Shown here in pieces: positions 13,601-28,600 of a DNA stretch of 64,000 bases. Both the position numbers and the translations under genes were made by a program. The stretch comes from Squalus acanthias (taxonomy: Eukaryota). Location: positions 18,602,001 through 18,666,000 of the forward strand of contig CM059433.1 of assembly GCA_030390025.1 (NCBI GenBank), read 5' to 3'. Each line of letters begins with the position of its first letter. Position 1 is the stretch's first letter. The notes below the pieces were generated by a model. The model did no database searches. It was not told where the DNA came from and worked only from the letters and a program-made list of their open reading frames with translations.

Positions 13601-16600
13601 ACTCAAATATTGTCAGCGACTCCTTGATTGGCAGAAAAAGCAAGTCAAATACTCTGTCCGTAATGTATCCCTGCCAAGCCTCCAAATGATTAACCAGACA
13701 TGTTCTGTAATAAAGTTCTGTTTTCTCTTTCAGACTATGGCTGGCAGCACAACCTGGCAAAGGGTCAACATGGAGATTGCTGCAAGATCCCCACGTTTGG
13801 CTATATTTGACTTGGCTGAAGGAAAATCCTATGAATTCCGTGTTTATGCTGTTAACAACTTTGGTTTGAGCCAGCCTTCAGCGTCCACCGGACCGGTTGT
13901 AGTTCAGGAACGCATTGGTAATATTTTTGTTCAATGTAGAGTAAAGTTTATTGTAGAATTAGTGTTACAAACACATGCTTTTCTCTTCATATACATCATG
14001 AAGAATAAGTGCAATGTGATAAATGGACCACTAAAGTTGAACTGTATAGATTCGTTGCCAACATGCTCTTGTTATGAAAGAGTGTTGTCTGACAATGATT
14101 GACAATGGCCTATATTAAAGGAAAGTGTAATTATAAAGAATATGAACAGTCCCTTTTTGATGGTTCTCAATTCCTTTTGACCATATCCGGACCATATGCT
14201 TCAATCCCTGCTCTATTCAGAAATGCATTCAGTTGTCTCCTAAACCCATTTATTCTTCAGATTCAATAGTATTCCTTGGTAACTTATTCCATAATTATTA
14301 TTCCTTGAGTTCTGACTAACTTCCTTTCTTAGTCCTAATTTTTAATTAGTGCCACTGATGGGCCATCTAGAAAGATTTGCTTGCATCAACCATCAGATCC
14401 TTCATCATTAATGAAAACTTCAATTAGGTCACTTCAAATCCTCCAGTTTTCCAAAGAAAATAAGCCGCTGATTTGGCAGATCTTTTGTTGCTCGGCCACG
14501 CAGTGTAAATATCATGGTTTAATGCATCTACTGTAATTTATGAACATTCAATAAATGGAGGCTATATCTGGAAAACAGTGCGATGGTATCGATAACGCCA
14601 CATCCGAGTCTGACCCAGCTCACTCATGAATGGCAAAGTTACAACAGTGCTCAGCCTCTTGATTGAAGGTAATTGTCCTATCACAGCACTGGTAGCATGG
14701 TTTCAACTAAGAAAAAGAATGAATTTCAACATTTATTGCATGGATGAGTGCAGCTCCAACAACACTCAAGAAGCTCGACACCATCCAGGACAAAGCAGCC
14801 CGCTTGATTGGCACCCCATCCACCACCTTAAATATTCGCTCCCTCCACCACCGGCATACTGTGGCTGCAGTGTGTACCATCTACAAGATGCACTGCAGCA
14901 ACTCACCAAGGCTTCTTCAGCAGCACCTCCCAAACCTGCGACCTCTTCCACCTAGAAGGACAAAGGCAGCAGGCGCATGGGAACACCACCACCTCCAAAT
15001 TCCCCTCCAAGTCACACACCATCCTGACTTAGAAGTATATCGCCGATCCTTCATTGTCGCTGGGTCAAAATCCTGGAACTCCCTCCCGAACAACACTGTG
15101 GGAGTACCTTCACCACACGGATTGCAGCGGTTCAAGAGGGTGGCTCACCACCACCTTCTCAAGGGCAATTAGGGATGGGCAATAAATGCTGGCCTTGCCA
15201 GTGATGCCCACATCCAATAAATGATTTTTTTTTAAAAAATTGTTTAATCCAGGAAAATCAGTTGAAACTGTTTGGTGATCCAATTCTCTGATGGCATTTG
15301 GAGATACTTACCTTTCTTTATATGTGGGCTTCAACAATTACATTTTTGACTGTATGCAGCATCACAGCCAAGCCTAGTCTTGCCCTCCTGCCTCATCCAT
15401 GCCCATACACCTTCCAGGAGGAGACAGTGCATAGTGATTAGAAATGAGAAAACTAGCTAATATATTTCCCTTCCCTCACTCAGGGGCACTGCCACTAATT
15501 GTAATGTCCAAACTCCTGCTCCAGCTGAGATCAGCTAACTCGGTACAGTCCAGGGATTGAATCCAATACTCGGCTGGCCTTTTTGCCTTTGTAACACGAT
15601 GGTTATTGCACTTCCCAGTTAAACCATTGGTGGTGTCAAGTGCCGCTTTTTTTAATTATATCTTTAAGACCAAAGGAACGATAATTTTGTTTCCAGTATT
15701 TTTTAATTTGTTCTTGGGATGTGGGTGACACTGGCAAGGCCACTTTTCCACCCCTCGTTGTCCTGAGCAGATGGTGGTGGGCTTTCTCCTTGAACCACTG
15801 CAGCACTTGTGGTGTTGATGCTCCCATGATGATGTTAGATAGGGAATTCTGGGATATTGACCTGGCGACGATGGAGGAGCGGCAATATATCTCCAAGTCA
15901 GGATATGGTGCGTGATGGTGTCCCCACAACATTGCTGCTCTTGTCCGTGATGGCAGGAGCTCCAGGGAAGGGAGGTGCTGTCAATGTTGCGGCAGTGTAT
16001 CCTGTAGATTGTACACACTGCAGCCACAGCGCACCAGTGGTGGAGGGGGTTGGTATTGAGCCCAGTGGCAGGGACACCAATCAAGCGAGCTTCTCTGTCT
16101 TGGATGGTGTTGAACAGTTGCAACCCTCCAGGTGAGTGGAGAGTATTCCATCACACTCCTGACTTGAACCTTGTAAGTGGAGGAGAGGCTTTAGGGGGAT
16201 CAGGTGGTGAGCCATTCGTCCCATAGTACCCAGCCTCCATCCAGCTCTTGGGAGCCATGGTGTCGATATGACTGGTCCAGTTAGGCTTCTGGTCAGAGGT
16301 GACCTCCAAAATATTGATGGTAGGTGACTTGACGATGGTGATGCCATTGGCGGGAAATAACTGGGCTTTCTCTTGTCTGAGACGGTCATTTTCTGCCCTT
16401 ATGTGGTGTGAATGTTACCTGCCACTTGGCAGCCCAAACATGGACATTGTAGACTGGCATGGGCTGCTTCATTATCAGAGGTGTAATGAATGGAGCTGAA
16501 CACTGTTGTAAAATATTGCTTCGAGTCAAACCTTGAACTCTTTAAATTTCACTGTTACATTGTGATTTTTTTTTTTAAAGTTGTGATTATTCTTACCTTT

Positions 16601-19600
16601 TTCAGAGATTCCATCTCCACCTAGTACTGTTCGCTGTGCAAGAAACACAAGGCATTCAGTTGTTGTGCATTGGTTGGCTTCAAAAAATGCCAGTGAACTG
16701 ATCGGCTACTATATCGATTCCTGCCTGGTGGGAACCAATGACTGGCAGCCATGCAATCATAAGCCTGTAAAATACACAAGGTCATTCTCACAATTCCTTG
16801 TCTTCAATTTGTATGAATTAAAAATAACATTTTGTTTTAAGTTAGAATCCCACTGCATTTCACTAAATCAACAGTCCTTTTTGTCTGTTGCAGTACATAA
16901 GATTTCCTCTTAAAAATAGTATTATATAGGTTGGCTGAGTGGCTCAGTGGGTTTATGCTGGAACCTCTGCCTGCCCTTTATAAAACCACTGACACAGAGG
17001 CAGAGCTGGGGTTGGAGACCCTCTGCACTGGGTCTTCCTGCTTCCCTGGCTCAAAAGGGACCTGCCATAATATTGGAGGCCAACACCGAGATAGATGAGC
17101 CATATCGACTTTCAAAAGGTTGCAAGTGAGCCCAATCTGGGGATCCACGTCAGGGAATCAGCCTGCACCCACAAAGATAAGGTACCAATTTCTTTCTGTG
17201 AATTCTGAAGGGGCACTCCATGGCTTGCTTTCCTGCTGATTCTACAAACTCTGGCAGAGCAGCACCAGCGGACGTGATCCTGGTGTAATCACTGGGGTGG
17301 TGGCCCATGGGTTTTTGGGCCTATAGCTTCAGAGCGCTACTTCTGTTTTAAAGCTAGAAGTTCAATAAATGTAAACAAACTGAAAAGCTTAATTAGTAAT
17401 GAATGAGGGAAGAGGTGAGATTTAACACCCAGCAAATATTTTAGAATCCTAGAATGGTTACAGCACGGAAGAAGGCCATTCGGCCCGTCGAGCCCGTGCC
17501 GGCTCTCTGCAAGAGCACCTCGGCTAGTCCCACTCCCCCGTCCTTTCCCCATAGCCCTGCAAATTTCTTTCCTTCAGATACTTATCCAACTCCCTTTTGA
17601 AAGCCGTGATTGAGTCTGCCTCCACCACCCTTTCAGGCAGTACATTCCAGATCTTAACCACTCACTACGTAAAAAAAGTTTTTTCTTATGTCGCCTTTGG
17701 TTCTTTTGCCAATCACCTTAAATCTGTGTTCTCTGGTTCCCAACCCTTCTGCCAATGGGAACAGTTTCCCTCTATCTACTCTGTCCAGACCCCTCATGAT
17801 TTTGAACACCTCTATCAAATCTCCTCTCAATCTTCTTTGCTCCAAGGAGAACAACCCCAGCTTCTCCAGTCTATCAACGTAACTGAAGTCCCTCATTCCT
17901 GGAATCATTCTCGTAAATCTTTTCTGCACCCTCTCTAAGGCCTTCACATCCTACCTAAAGTGTGGTGCCCAGAATTGGACACAGTACTCCAGTTGGGGCC
18001 GAACCAGTGTTTTACACAGGTTCATCATAATTTCCACACTTTTGTACTCTATCTCTCTATTTATGAAGCCCAGGATCCCATAAGCCTTTTTAACTGCTTT
18101 CTCAACCAGCCCGGCCACCTTCACCGATTTGTGCACATATACCCCCAGGTCTCTCTGTTCATGCACCCCCTTCAGGATTGTACCATTTAGTTTATTTGTC
18201 CTCTCCTCATTCTTCCTACCAAAATGTATCACTTCACACTTTTCTGCATTAAATTTCATCTGCCACGTGTCTGCCCATTTCACCAGCCTGTCTATGTCTT
18301 CCTGAAGTTTATCACTCTCCTCCTCACTTTTCACTATACTTCCAAGTTTTGTGTCATCTGCAAATTTTGAAATTGTGCCCTGTACACCCACGTCCAAGTC
18401 ACTAATATATATCAAGAAAAGAGTCATTAATATATATCAAGAAAAGTTTAGATTTTATCCACGCGATAACAGAACATACCACCTCCAATATTATATTCTT
18501 ACTGACAGACTTGTGAAAGGATGTGAATGTATTTATCTTAACTGAAGAATTGCTTCAACACAATATTACTTTTTCTGTGTTTTTCCCCATTAGATTTGTT
18601 GTTCATGGTCTAAAGACTGGGCACAAGTACATCTTCCGTGTGAAGGCAGTGAATGCTCTGGGAATGAGTGAGGAGTCTGAAGAATCGGATCCCATTACTG
18701 TCCAAGCAGCTCTTAGTGAGTATCCACTCCTGGCTCTCAAACAGTTTATACATTACAGTAGGGGAAATACAAAGCACGAGGCTAGAAACTGTTACTGAAG
18801 CAAATAAAGACAGGAGTTTAATCATTTGGAATGCACTGCCTGATAAGGTGGTGGATACGGATACAGATTCAATAGTAGCCTTCAAAAGGGAATTGGATGA
18901 AGACTTGAAGGAGAAAAAACTACAGGGATATGGGGAAAGAGCGGGGGAGTGGGACTAACTGGATTGCTCTTCGAAAGAGCCGGCGCAGACTCGATGGGCC
19001 GAATGGCCTCCTTTGGTGCTGTACTATTCTATGATTGGCATAAAGGTTTCCTGATGGATTTTCCGATTTTAAAAACATTTGAGTGTGCAGGAAAAATGTT
19101 AAATATCATAATTTCTGGTTATGGATGTCTGAAATACAAACATTTAAAGATTTTTTAACACCAATAATATGAAGGTACAGTTAGGTCGCAATGAACCTGC
19201 TACCATAGGACAGACTGAAAGGGAAACAACACTCTTGGGAAGAGAAGTCAGTAAAGCAATGGTAGTCTAGGCATTTGTTTTCTCGCACTTCTTCGTTTGT
19301 GTTATTAACAGCCTTGTACATAGTTTTAAGTGTTAAGCTTTATCCCATTCCTCATTGGGAAACATGAAAAAACACATTAAACACATATAAAACCCATGTC
19401 CCCATAATTTGTATTTGTGGAAAACCTAACAATGCACAGAAATAACAGTACAATTTATCAATCGGTTATTTGACTATTCACGATCTAGACTTGATTTTGG
19501 GCATTTGTCCTTGGCTTTTAGGACCCGTGTCCCTGCAGGTTGAGACATATGGTACTGGGAAGGGAAGCACTGCTATCCTTTGAAGGGTAGTTTCCATATT

Positions 19601-22600
19601 GAGGAGGGAATCAGTAAAGTTCTATGGAAAGTAATAAAAACCTTGAAGAGAGAGGTAGCAACACTGGTTGCTCGGGGAGTGTAGGTACAGGAGCTAGAAG
19701 TGCCCATGCCATTTTGTGTAATTTTTTTTCTCTTATACTCTGTTTTTGCCAAATTACATATTCATGTTATCCTGATATTTTTTGCATTTGAATATTTTAG
19801 ATAAAATTGACCCAGTCTTGACATCCATCAAATTAAAAGTTAGTCCTTACTTCAATTTTACAGAAGTATTAACTAATGCTTCACTACATTTTGAATGATC
19901 TTCAGATATAAATTGGAGAAATTGTCTTGTCAACTTCTGTGATTTATATCTGAAGATTATTCAAAATATAGATGGTATAGTGTAGAAATTACCGTGGGTG
20001 ATAATGGCTGAAAGCTTAGAGTATTCATATGTCATTCTTCTGTCAGCTGTTTTAATGGAGGTATTAACTTAAGTGGATTAACGCCTACATTAAAATAGCA
20101 GATAGAAATGTTATATGAATATTAAGCAAATGTCTGCTATTATTGCCAAAAGCAATTTCTATCCTTATAGAATCATTTTTTAATAGTATGGGTGTTAGTT
20201 CTGTGCTGTATCTAATTGACTTTCTTTATGTGACCATTTTAGGAGGGGGTATTCCTCATGGTAGGTACTGGAGCATGTGTGAAGCAATCAGTCACATTTA
20301 TTGTTATCACAATAACCTAAAGCACCATGTTGTTTCTTTAATGGATCCACATATTAACATTCTCACTGGTGCCAGTACATGAGCACAGTTTAATACTTAC
20401 TCCCTATTAAACTTAAAGCACCAGTGCTCTAATTGTAGAACAATTTATTTTTAATTCTCACGGGCAATCTGTCACGATTGAGCTCAGATCCAGCATTTTT
20501 TGTGAAAGAGTTATTAATTAAAGTTGTTATTTAATGCCTCATAGATGCCAGTTATACCGTATAATCTGCACTGATTGGTTTTGCGTTGACACCAAGCTCG
20601 GGCTTCGTGTTTGAAGCAATTTGAAAACTCCCCCAGAAGGGGGAATGTCTGGTTTTCCTGCTTTGGCTGCAAAGTGAAATTTTGAAGCAAACCTTTTAAA
20701 ATGACTGGTTAACCTTTTCAATGCTAGCAGAGACCAACTGTCCCATCCTCCTAACATTAAAATTTAAAGGATATTTGAACACTTGAGAGCAGAGCATTGC
20801 TCTGTTTTCTTGACTAGACAGTAATGTAGAGCCAACAGTATAACTTGAGTCTGTCAGTTCCGTATCACTCTACTTCAGTAACATTACCAGTCGTATAACA
20901 ATGCCCAAAAAATCTAATGTAAGTTATTCAAGATTACATGTATCAAGTATCTATGTATCAAGTATGTATGGCATATTCAAAAATCAAGTCATTGTTCTTT
21001 ATTTTTATTAGTCTATTATATAATAATTTAACCCAAAGAAAGGCTGATCATTTTCTTAGTCATGGGGACTTACTGAGTGGTATCTCCAGATTCTGGAGTC
21101 AGGATTTACATCCCTCAATCTTTATCTCCCCATAGCTGGCCCATCATCACCTCATGGTATAACTCTCCTTGACTGCACAAATGACGCTATGACCCTGGGC
21201 TGGAAGTTACCAAGATTCACCGGTGGCTCAGATATCATTGGATACTACATGGATCATCGTGAAATTACTGACCTGCATTGGCATGAAAGCAACATTAAAG
21301 CAATCACTGGAACAGTTTACAAAGTTAGTGTTATGTTCAATATTTGTACGAAGGGGAACAATTTCTCACAAATGTGAAGAGCTTTTCTTTGTTTCCACTA
21401 GCCAGTCACCAAATGCAAAACGCCAAATATCTCCTAATCTGTTGGTAAATCACACAGAATGGAACTTTTGAAAAGTATGCAGTTGGCGTTAGGGATCCAT
21501 TATTTCTTCATATTAAAGTGTACATCTCTGATATTTAAGACATGACTAAACTGTATTATCAGCAACATCTTGCCTGGGCATTAAGCATTAACTGGGTGGA
21601 GTGCAAGGAGAAAGATTGTGCAGGAAACATTATACACCTGTAACGGAGAATGTCTGGTTTTCCTGTCATTTTAAATGAATGGAATGAAAATTGAGCAGCT
21701 ACATTACAGGTGTGCAATCCTCCCTGCCTAATTTCCCTTTCTGCATTCCTCCCAGGTGATGCTCAGGCAGTGAAGATAAAATCCTACCCATCTTATGTAA
21801 ACGTTACCATGATATTGTGCACGTTCTCTTGTCTTGTGTCTGATAACACGAAACAACTACTTGCAGTCCTCAGCATGGCAGAACAATGTGTGCAACTTTA
21901 TATCATGGAGCAATAATATTTTATTAGATATACATATAACTTTTACATTTATAAAGCCCTGTATAGTGTTGGATTTCACGACGACTGCTGGTCCTATTCA
22001 GTTCACTTAATGCTTTCTATGGAGGGTTGAAAGTCTGTCCAATGAGAGCTGGCTTATTCACCAACGAGACCTTAGTGTTTCTGCAGAGAGGAATGAATTT
22101 CACTGTTAAAAGATCAGCGACTCACTAGTGAGAGTCTTTCCGCTGAAGGACCACAACTTTATTTTTATTCATTCATGGGTTGTGGGTGTCACTAGCAAGA
22201 CCAGCATTTATTGCCCATCCCTAATTGCCCTTGAGAAGGTGGTGGTGAGCTACTGCCCATTAGTATTTATTGTCCAATGGGGGTAAAATTCAACTTCTGT
22301 GAAGCACAAAGTGGTCAGTAGTGGACTGGCCGCCCATTATACTCTCACTCAACCCGATTTTTCTTTTCGTTGAAGTAATTGGAAAGGAAATCGGGCTCCC
22401 GACCTCATTATAGCCTTGGTCCAAACATGGACAAAGGAGCTGAATTCCAGAGGTGAGGCGAGAGTGACTGGCCTTGACATCAAGGCAGCATTTGACCGAG
22501 TGTGGCATCAAGGAGCCCTAGTAAAACAGAGGTCAATGGGAATCGGTTGTATAGCGGGCGGCTGATCCATTGCCGCCCGTTTTGCATCCCCGCCGCAGTT

Positions 22601-25600
22601 GAATTTTACCCCCTGTAAGGTTACAGTGCCTCCACATATAGTAAAGGAATTGTCTCATTTTCGCCTTCCTATATGTAGGGGCACTTGTATCCCACACTGT
22701 AAACATTGGCAAAGGATAAGGTGATACAGTAACCCTACTTTTAAATCATTTAAAAAAAATTAATTTATGGGATGTGGGCATCACTGGCAAGGCCAGCATT
22801 TATTGCCCATCCCTAATTGCCCTTGAGAAGGTGGTGGTGAGCCGCCTTCTTGAACTGCTGGAGTCCGTGTGGCAAAGGTACTCCCACAGTACTGTTAGGG
22901 AGGGAGTTCCAGGATTTTCACCCAGCGACGATGAAGGAACGGTGATATACTTCTAAGTCAGGATGGTGTGTGACTTGGAGGGGAACTTGGAGGTGGTGGT
23001 GTTCCCATGTGCCTGCTGCCCTTGTCCTTCTAGGTGGAAGAGGTCGCGGGTTTGGGAGGTGCTGCCGAAGAAGCCTTGGCGAGCTGCTGCAGTGCATCTT
23101 CTGGATGGTACACACTGCAGCCACGGTACGCTGGTGATGGAGGGAGTGAATGTTTAAGGTGGTGGGTGGGGTGCCAATCAAGCGGGCTGCTTTGTCCTGG
23201 ATGGTGTTGAGCTTCTTGAGTGTTGTTGGAGCTGCACTCATCCAGGCAAGTGGAGAGTATTCCATCACACTCCTTATGCCTTGTAGATGGTGGAAGGATT
23301 TGGGGAGTCAGGAGGTGAGACACTCGCCGCAGAATACCTAGCCTCTGACCTGCTCTTATTGCCACAGTATTTATGTAGCTAGTCCAGTTAAGTTTCTGGT
23401 CAATGGTGACCCCCAGGATGTTGATGGTGGGGGATTCGGCGATGGTAATACCGTTGAATGTCAAGGGGTGGTGGTTAGACTCTCGCTTGTTGGAGATAGT
23501 CATTGCCTGGCACTTCTGTGGCGCGAATGTTACCTGCCACTTATCAGCCCAAGCCTGAACGTCGTCCAGGTCTTGTTGCATGCAGGCATGGACTGCTTCA
23601 TTATCTGAGGAGTTGTGAATGGCACTGAACACTGTGCAGTCATCAGCGAACATCCCCATTTCTGGCCTTATGTTGGAGGGAAGTTCTTTGATGAAGCAGC
23701 TGTAGATGGTTGGGCCTAGGACACTGCCCTGAGGAACTCCTGCAGCGATGTCCTGGGACTGTGATGATTGACCTTCAACCACCACAACCATCTTCCTTTG
23801 TGCTAGGTATGACTCCAGCCAGTGGAGGGTTTTCCCCCCGATTCCCATTGACTTCTGTTTTACTAGGGCTCCTTGATGCCACACTCGGTCAAATGCTGTC
23901 TTGATGTCAAGGGCAGTCACCCTCGCCTCACCTCTGGAATTCAGCTCCTTTGTCCATGTTTGGACCAAGGCTATAATGAGGTTGGGAGCCGAGTGGTCTT
24001 GGCGGAACCCAAACTGGGCATCGGTGAGCCGGTTATTGGTGTGTAAGTATCGCTTGATAGCACCGTCGATGACACCTTCCATCACTTTGCTGATGATTGA
24101 GAGTAGACTGATGGGGCGGTAATTGGCCGTGTTATATTTGTCCTGCTTTTTGTGGGCAGGACATACCTGTGTAGTTTTCCACATTGTCAGATAGATTCCA
24201 GTGTTGTAGCTGTACTGGAACAGCTTGGCTAGAGGCGCGGCTAGTTCTGGAGCACAAGTCTTCAGCACGATAGCCGGGATGTTGTCGGGGCCCATAGCCA
24301 TTTCTTGATATCATGTGGAGTGAATCGAATTGGCTGAAGACTAGCTTCTGTGATGGTGGGGACCTCAGGAGTAGGCCGATATGGATCATCCACTTGGCAC
24401 TTCTGGCTGAAGATGGTTGCAAACGCTTCAGCCTTGTTTTTGAGGGTGGGGATATTCATGGAGCCTCCTCCTCCCGTTAGTTATTTAATGGTCCACCACC
24501 ATTCACGACTGGATGTGGCAGGACTGCAGAGCTTTGATCTGATACGTTGATTGTGGGATCGCTTACCGCTGTCTATAACATGCTGCTTCTGCTTTTTATC
24601 ATGCATGTAGTCTTGTGTTGCAGCTTCCCAGGTTGGCACTGCATTTTTAGGTACGCCTGGTGCTGCTCCTGGCATGCTCTTCTACACTCCTTACTGAACC
24701 AGGGTTGGTCCCCTGGCTTGATGGTAATGGTAGAGTGAGGGATATGCCCGGCCATGAGGTTACAGATTGTGGTGGAATACAATTCTGCTGCTGATGATGA
24801 CCCACAGCACCTCATGGATACCCAGTTTTGAGCTGCTAGATTTAAAACTGTAGATTAGTTAAAAGGTTTATTAAATATGTTGTACAGTACATTTTGAAGA
24901 AACACAATGGAACTGATTTTCCTGGCCCCTCTCTGTCTGGACACTGGACAGGAATATGCTACACCGGCCCAGGCACAGGTTCACCTGAATTTTATGAGCT
25001 GGTTCATTATCATGGCCTCGGCAGGGTTTTGTGCTGGCATTGAGGCGCAGAAACCAAAGCACTGCTGCAGGCTCTGGCCGCCTCCCGGCCTGAAAATTAA
25101 CTATAGACTGAAGAAAATATCCCCCCCCCCAAGTTCTGGCCCCTTCAGAATCCCTGATCAAAGAGGGGTCATCGGCAGAATGTCCAACACCACCACTTTC
25201 AGATGTCCCTGAAAAGTGAGAGAAGAGGAAATTGAGCGTCAGATATTGTTGGGCCTGTGTCTAGTGCAGGCGCAGGCCCTGCTCTACCTGGGCACCGTGA
25301 ATGGAGCAGAGACCTACTCCTTTTTCCTGACCTTTGCACCCAGGAATAGGTGTTCTGGGAACAAAGGTCAGGAAAATCAGCCCCACTGTCTGAAAGTATT
25401 TAAGGGCATTAGCGTTCTGCATTCTCTGAAAACCAAGAGTATTTGAGCTCGCATTTGAGAGCCCCCACATCAATTCCTTACAGCTTTCATCAGTATATTT
25501 AATCTTTTTTAGAAATATTATGAAGTTAGCAAATGTCATTCTGCTGTTGAGAGCAGGATTTTCCTATTCTAGATCACAAGAGGGGTTTGAATGGAGAAGG

Positions 25601-28600
25601 TCCTTCAGCCGATTTCATCTCATCCTTCTAGATTACAAACTTACCATCTTCCCGTCACAGCACCTAAATGAGTCCAGCGTTTTGGCATCAATTATTCTTC
25701 CTGACAATTACACATTGGAACTATTGGACATCCTCTGCGTAAAGAAAAACTTCCCAATGTCTTTCCTAAATTAAGCTTTTCCCAACCCTGGACTTGTGCC
25801 CTCTTGTAAAAGTATTGTCTTGGGTTTACATTCTCTATCCCATTTAGTATGTCATGTGCTTCTATAAGGTCCCCTCTGAGACATTTCTTTCTGAGGCTGA
25901 AGAGTCCCAGCTTATCAATTAGTTCCTCATTGCTCTTCCCTGTTATATCAAGGTTCAGCCTTACTGCTTCCTCTGCATGGTCTTTAGAGCCTGGATGGCC
26001 CTCACATGTCGAGGTGATTAGAACTGTACGTAGTACTGCAGGTGCCACCTGACCAGGGTACTGTACCACCTCCGAATGACCACAGAATATTTCAGCTCAC
26101 CTGATTTAGTAATGAAACCCAGCACCCTATTTAAGTGTTGTTTATTGCTGCCTCACTCTGTTTAAAATTGAGAGGTCGCACAACACCAGGTTATAGTCCA
26201 ACAGTTTTATTTGAAATCACAAGCTTTCGGAGCTTACTACTCCTTCGTCGGGTGAAGTAAAAAGATACAGAATCGGCAAAGCATATATAGATAGAGAACA
26301 ATGCATGTGCAATTGTAAGGTACACATGCATTGTTCTCTATCTATATATGCTTTGCCGATTCTGTATCTTTTTACTTCACCCGATGAAGGAGTAGTAAGC
26401 TCCGAAAGCTTGTGATTTCAAATAAAACTGTTGGACTATAACCTGGTGTTGTGCGACCTCTCAATTTTGTCCACCCCAGTCCAACACCGGCATCTCCGCA
26501 TCATGATCACTCTGTTTAGACATGGCTGGCAAATTCCTCAGAGCTGTTGCTGCTCTGCTGGTGTTACTTCACCAGAAGTGCAGTGGAAACCCTGTTTGTG
26601 AGCTGGTTTGAGGAATTTCCCAGCCATGGTGAGCAGAAAGTGAAAGTGCACTAACACCCTAAGGTCTCTCTTGAATTCCATCTTGGCAAGTTCCATCCCA
26701 CCCATGCCTCCTATTGTTACTTCCAACATGCAATACTTTTCATTTCTCCATATTGAATTCACTCGCACTGAGCAGCCCAGGTGCAAACCCTATTGAGTTC
26801 TCTTTGTAAAATTTGTGCTGTGCCCTCAGTCTACAGTCCCCTATAACTTGGCTGCAAATGTAACTGCTTTACATTGTGACTGCGATTCCAGGTCACTTAT
26901 GCATACCAGGAACAGGGACCTGGAGTAAAACACAATGGGGTTAAATTTGTGCAAGGGTTCTCCCAATTGTCCGCTGTAACTTTCGCTGTTTACGCCGTTT
27001 CTCCGGAGTTTCCATGGGTCATCTGCCGAATTTATGGCGGACAATTGGGAAAACCCCCATTGAAATTAATGGCAAATGATTTTGTTCGGAGATTGTAACA
27101 CATACTACAGTATAAAATTACTTTGAAGATGTTTGAAGTTTTCTGCCACAATCCATGGCCGTAGCAATGTTGATGGATTCTTTCTTTTGTTGTTCCTTTA
27201 AAAGGTTGAAAATCTGAAAGAAGGCGGTTTCTATGAGTTTAAAGTCAGTGCTATGAATCTGGGTGGTGTTGGCGTCCCTTCAGAGTCCAGTCGGCCTTTC
27301 AAGTGTGAAGCATGGACTATGCCACAACCAGGTAATAGAATTTCCAGAGGCATGTCATTATTAACACAGGTCACTCATAACACAGACTAGTCACTTAGAC
27401 TAGGGGCTGGATTTTGCCAATGGGGAGCTTTTGGAGGCAGGACTCCCACTTGTCGGGTTTTAGTCCCGCCTCCATCGACTTGTGGCCAACCCACACTATT
27501 TTCCCTTGATTAATTAAGGGGAAGCCGGTTACGGAGAACGTCAGCGTATGACGTTTCATCTGGCAAAAATTTTTGACAGATGAATTGTCATCGTTTGACA
27601 GCTCTGTGAAGCTGTCAAACACTGACATTCTCTGTTGTTTGATGAGTTCTTGTATTCAAGACTCATCAAACCTCTTTTGTGAGCAGAAATTAGATGGATG
27701 TTGCATCGGAGAATGCAGCAGCCATCTGTCATCTCTGCCGGTGAAATGCGAGAGTCTCCGCATCCCCAACGGTTGAAGCCTGCAGGAAGAAACAAAGGTA
27801 AGTAAATATTTTCTATCACTTTCCACTCTCCTCACATATTTACCTCTCCACACTTGCACCCATCACTTACCTTCACAGTACACTTTTGCACCCCTCCGAT
27901 GGGTGGGTACCCGCCCCCAGATTTTGCCATTTTCCCGGCAGTCTCGCCTCCAAACCTGCCTCCCCAGGGCTGGCAAAATCGCCCCCATGGTGTACATCTT
28001 CATTTTGTAACCTGCTTTGCAAAAGAGTTTGATGGCAGCATTAAAGACAAAGGCCTCAAAATTCCTGGGGCCTGGAAAGATGGAAAGCCTGATTTCCGCC
28101 TGGGGTAGGGGGAGGCAGGAAGTCGGGATGAAAGCTGGTTAAGTCGGGATTCTGCCCCATTCAGATGGCCCTTTATATTCCAATGGAGGAGGGCCAAGGG
28201 CGGATTTGGGACATGTTGGGGGGGAGTTGCCGAGCTACCCTGGGATTTCTGCCTTTACCCCTTTGAAAGCTCTCAGTGGAACTTATGCCCGCTGAGACCT
28301 GGCGTAAGTCCCTTTGAGGCCTTCTGAAAGGCCCCAAACCTTATCTAGACTAAGGTGATTGATCCCAGAGGAGATTGATTATCTTACCTGGAGATAAAAT
28401 GGTTCATTTTAGAACTGAATACTTCGAAAAATTAAATATTTTCTTGGGCCCTGTTTGGACCTTTGGAGGACCTCAGGTGGAGCGCCCGTGGGTTGTTCCG
28501 CCTTACAAGAGTGGATGAGGGCAGGTGCTGATGATGTCCCCTTACAGGCACTGGTGGTTTGCCCCATCCGTGCAAATAATCTCGGGAACTTGGGACAGGC

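Noticed and set aside
13491..14102. 203-aa standalone ORF
   Set aside because: Only 13734-13917 is protein-like; the rest is intron read-through
23030..24301. Active or domesticated reverse transcriptase gene
   Set aside because: 5'-truncated, frameshifted on both sides, with no endonuclease domain in frame
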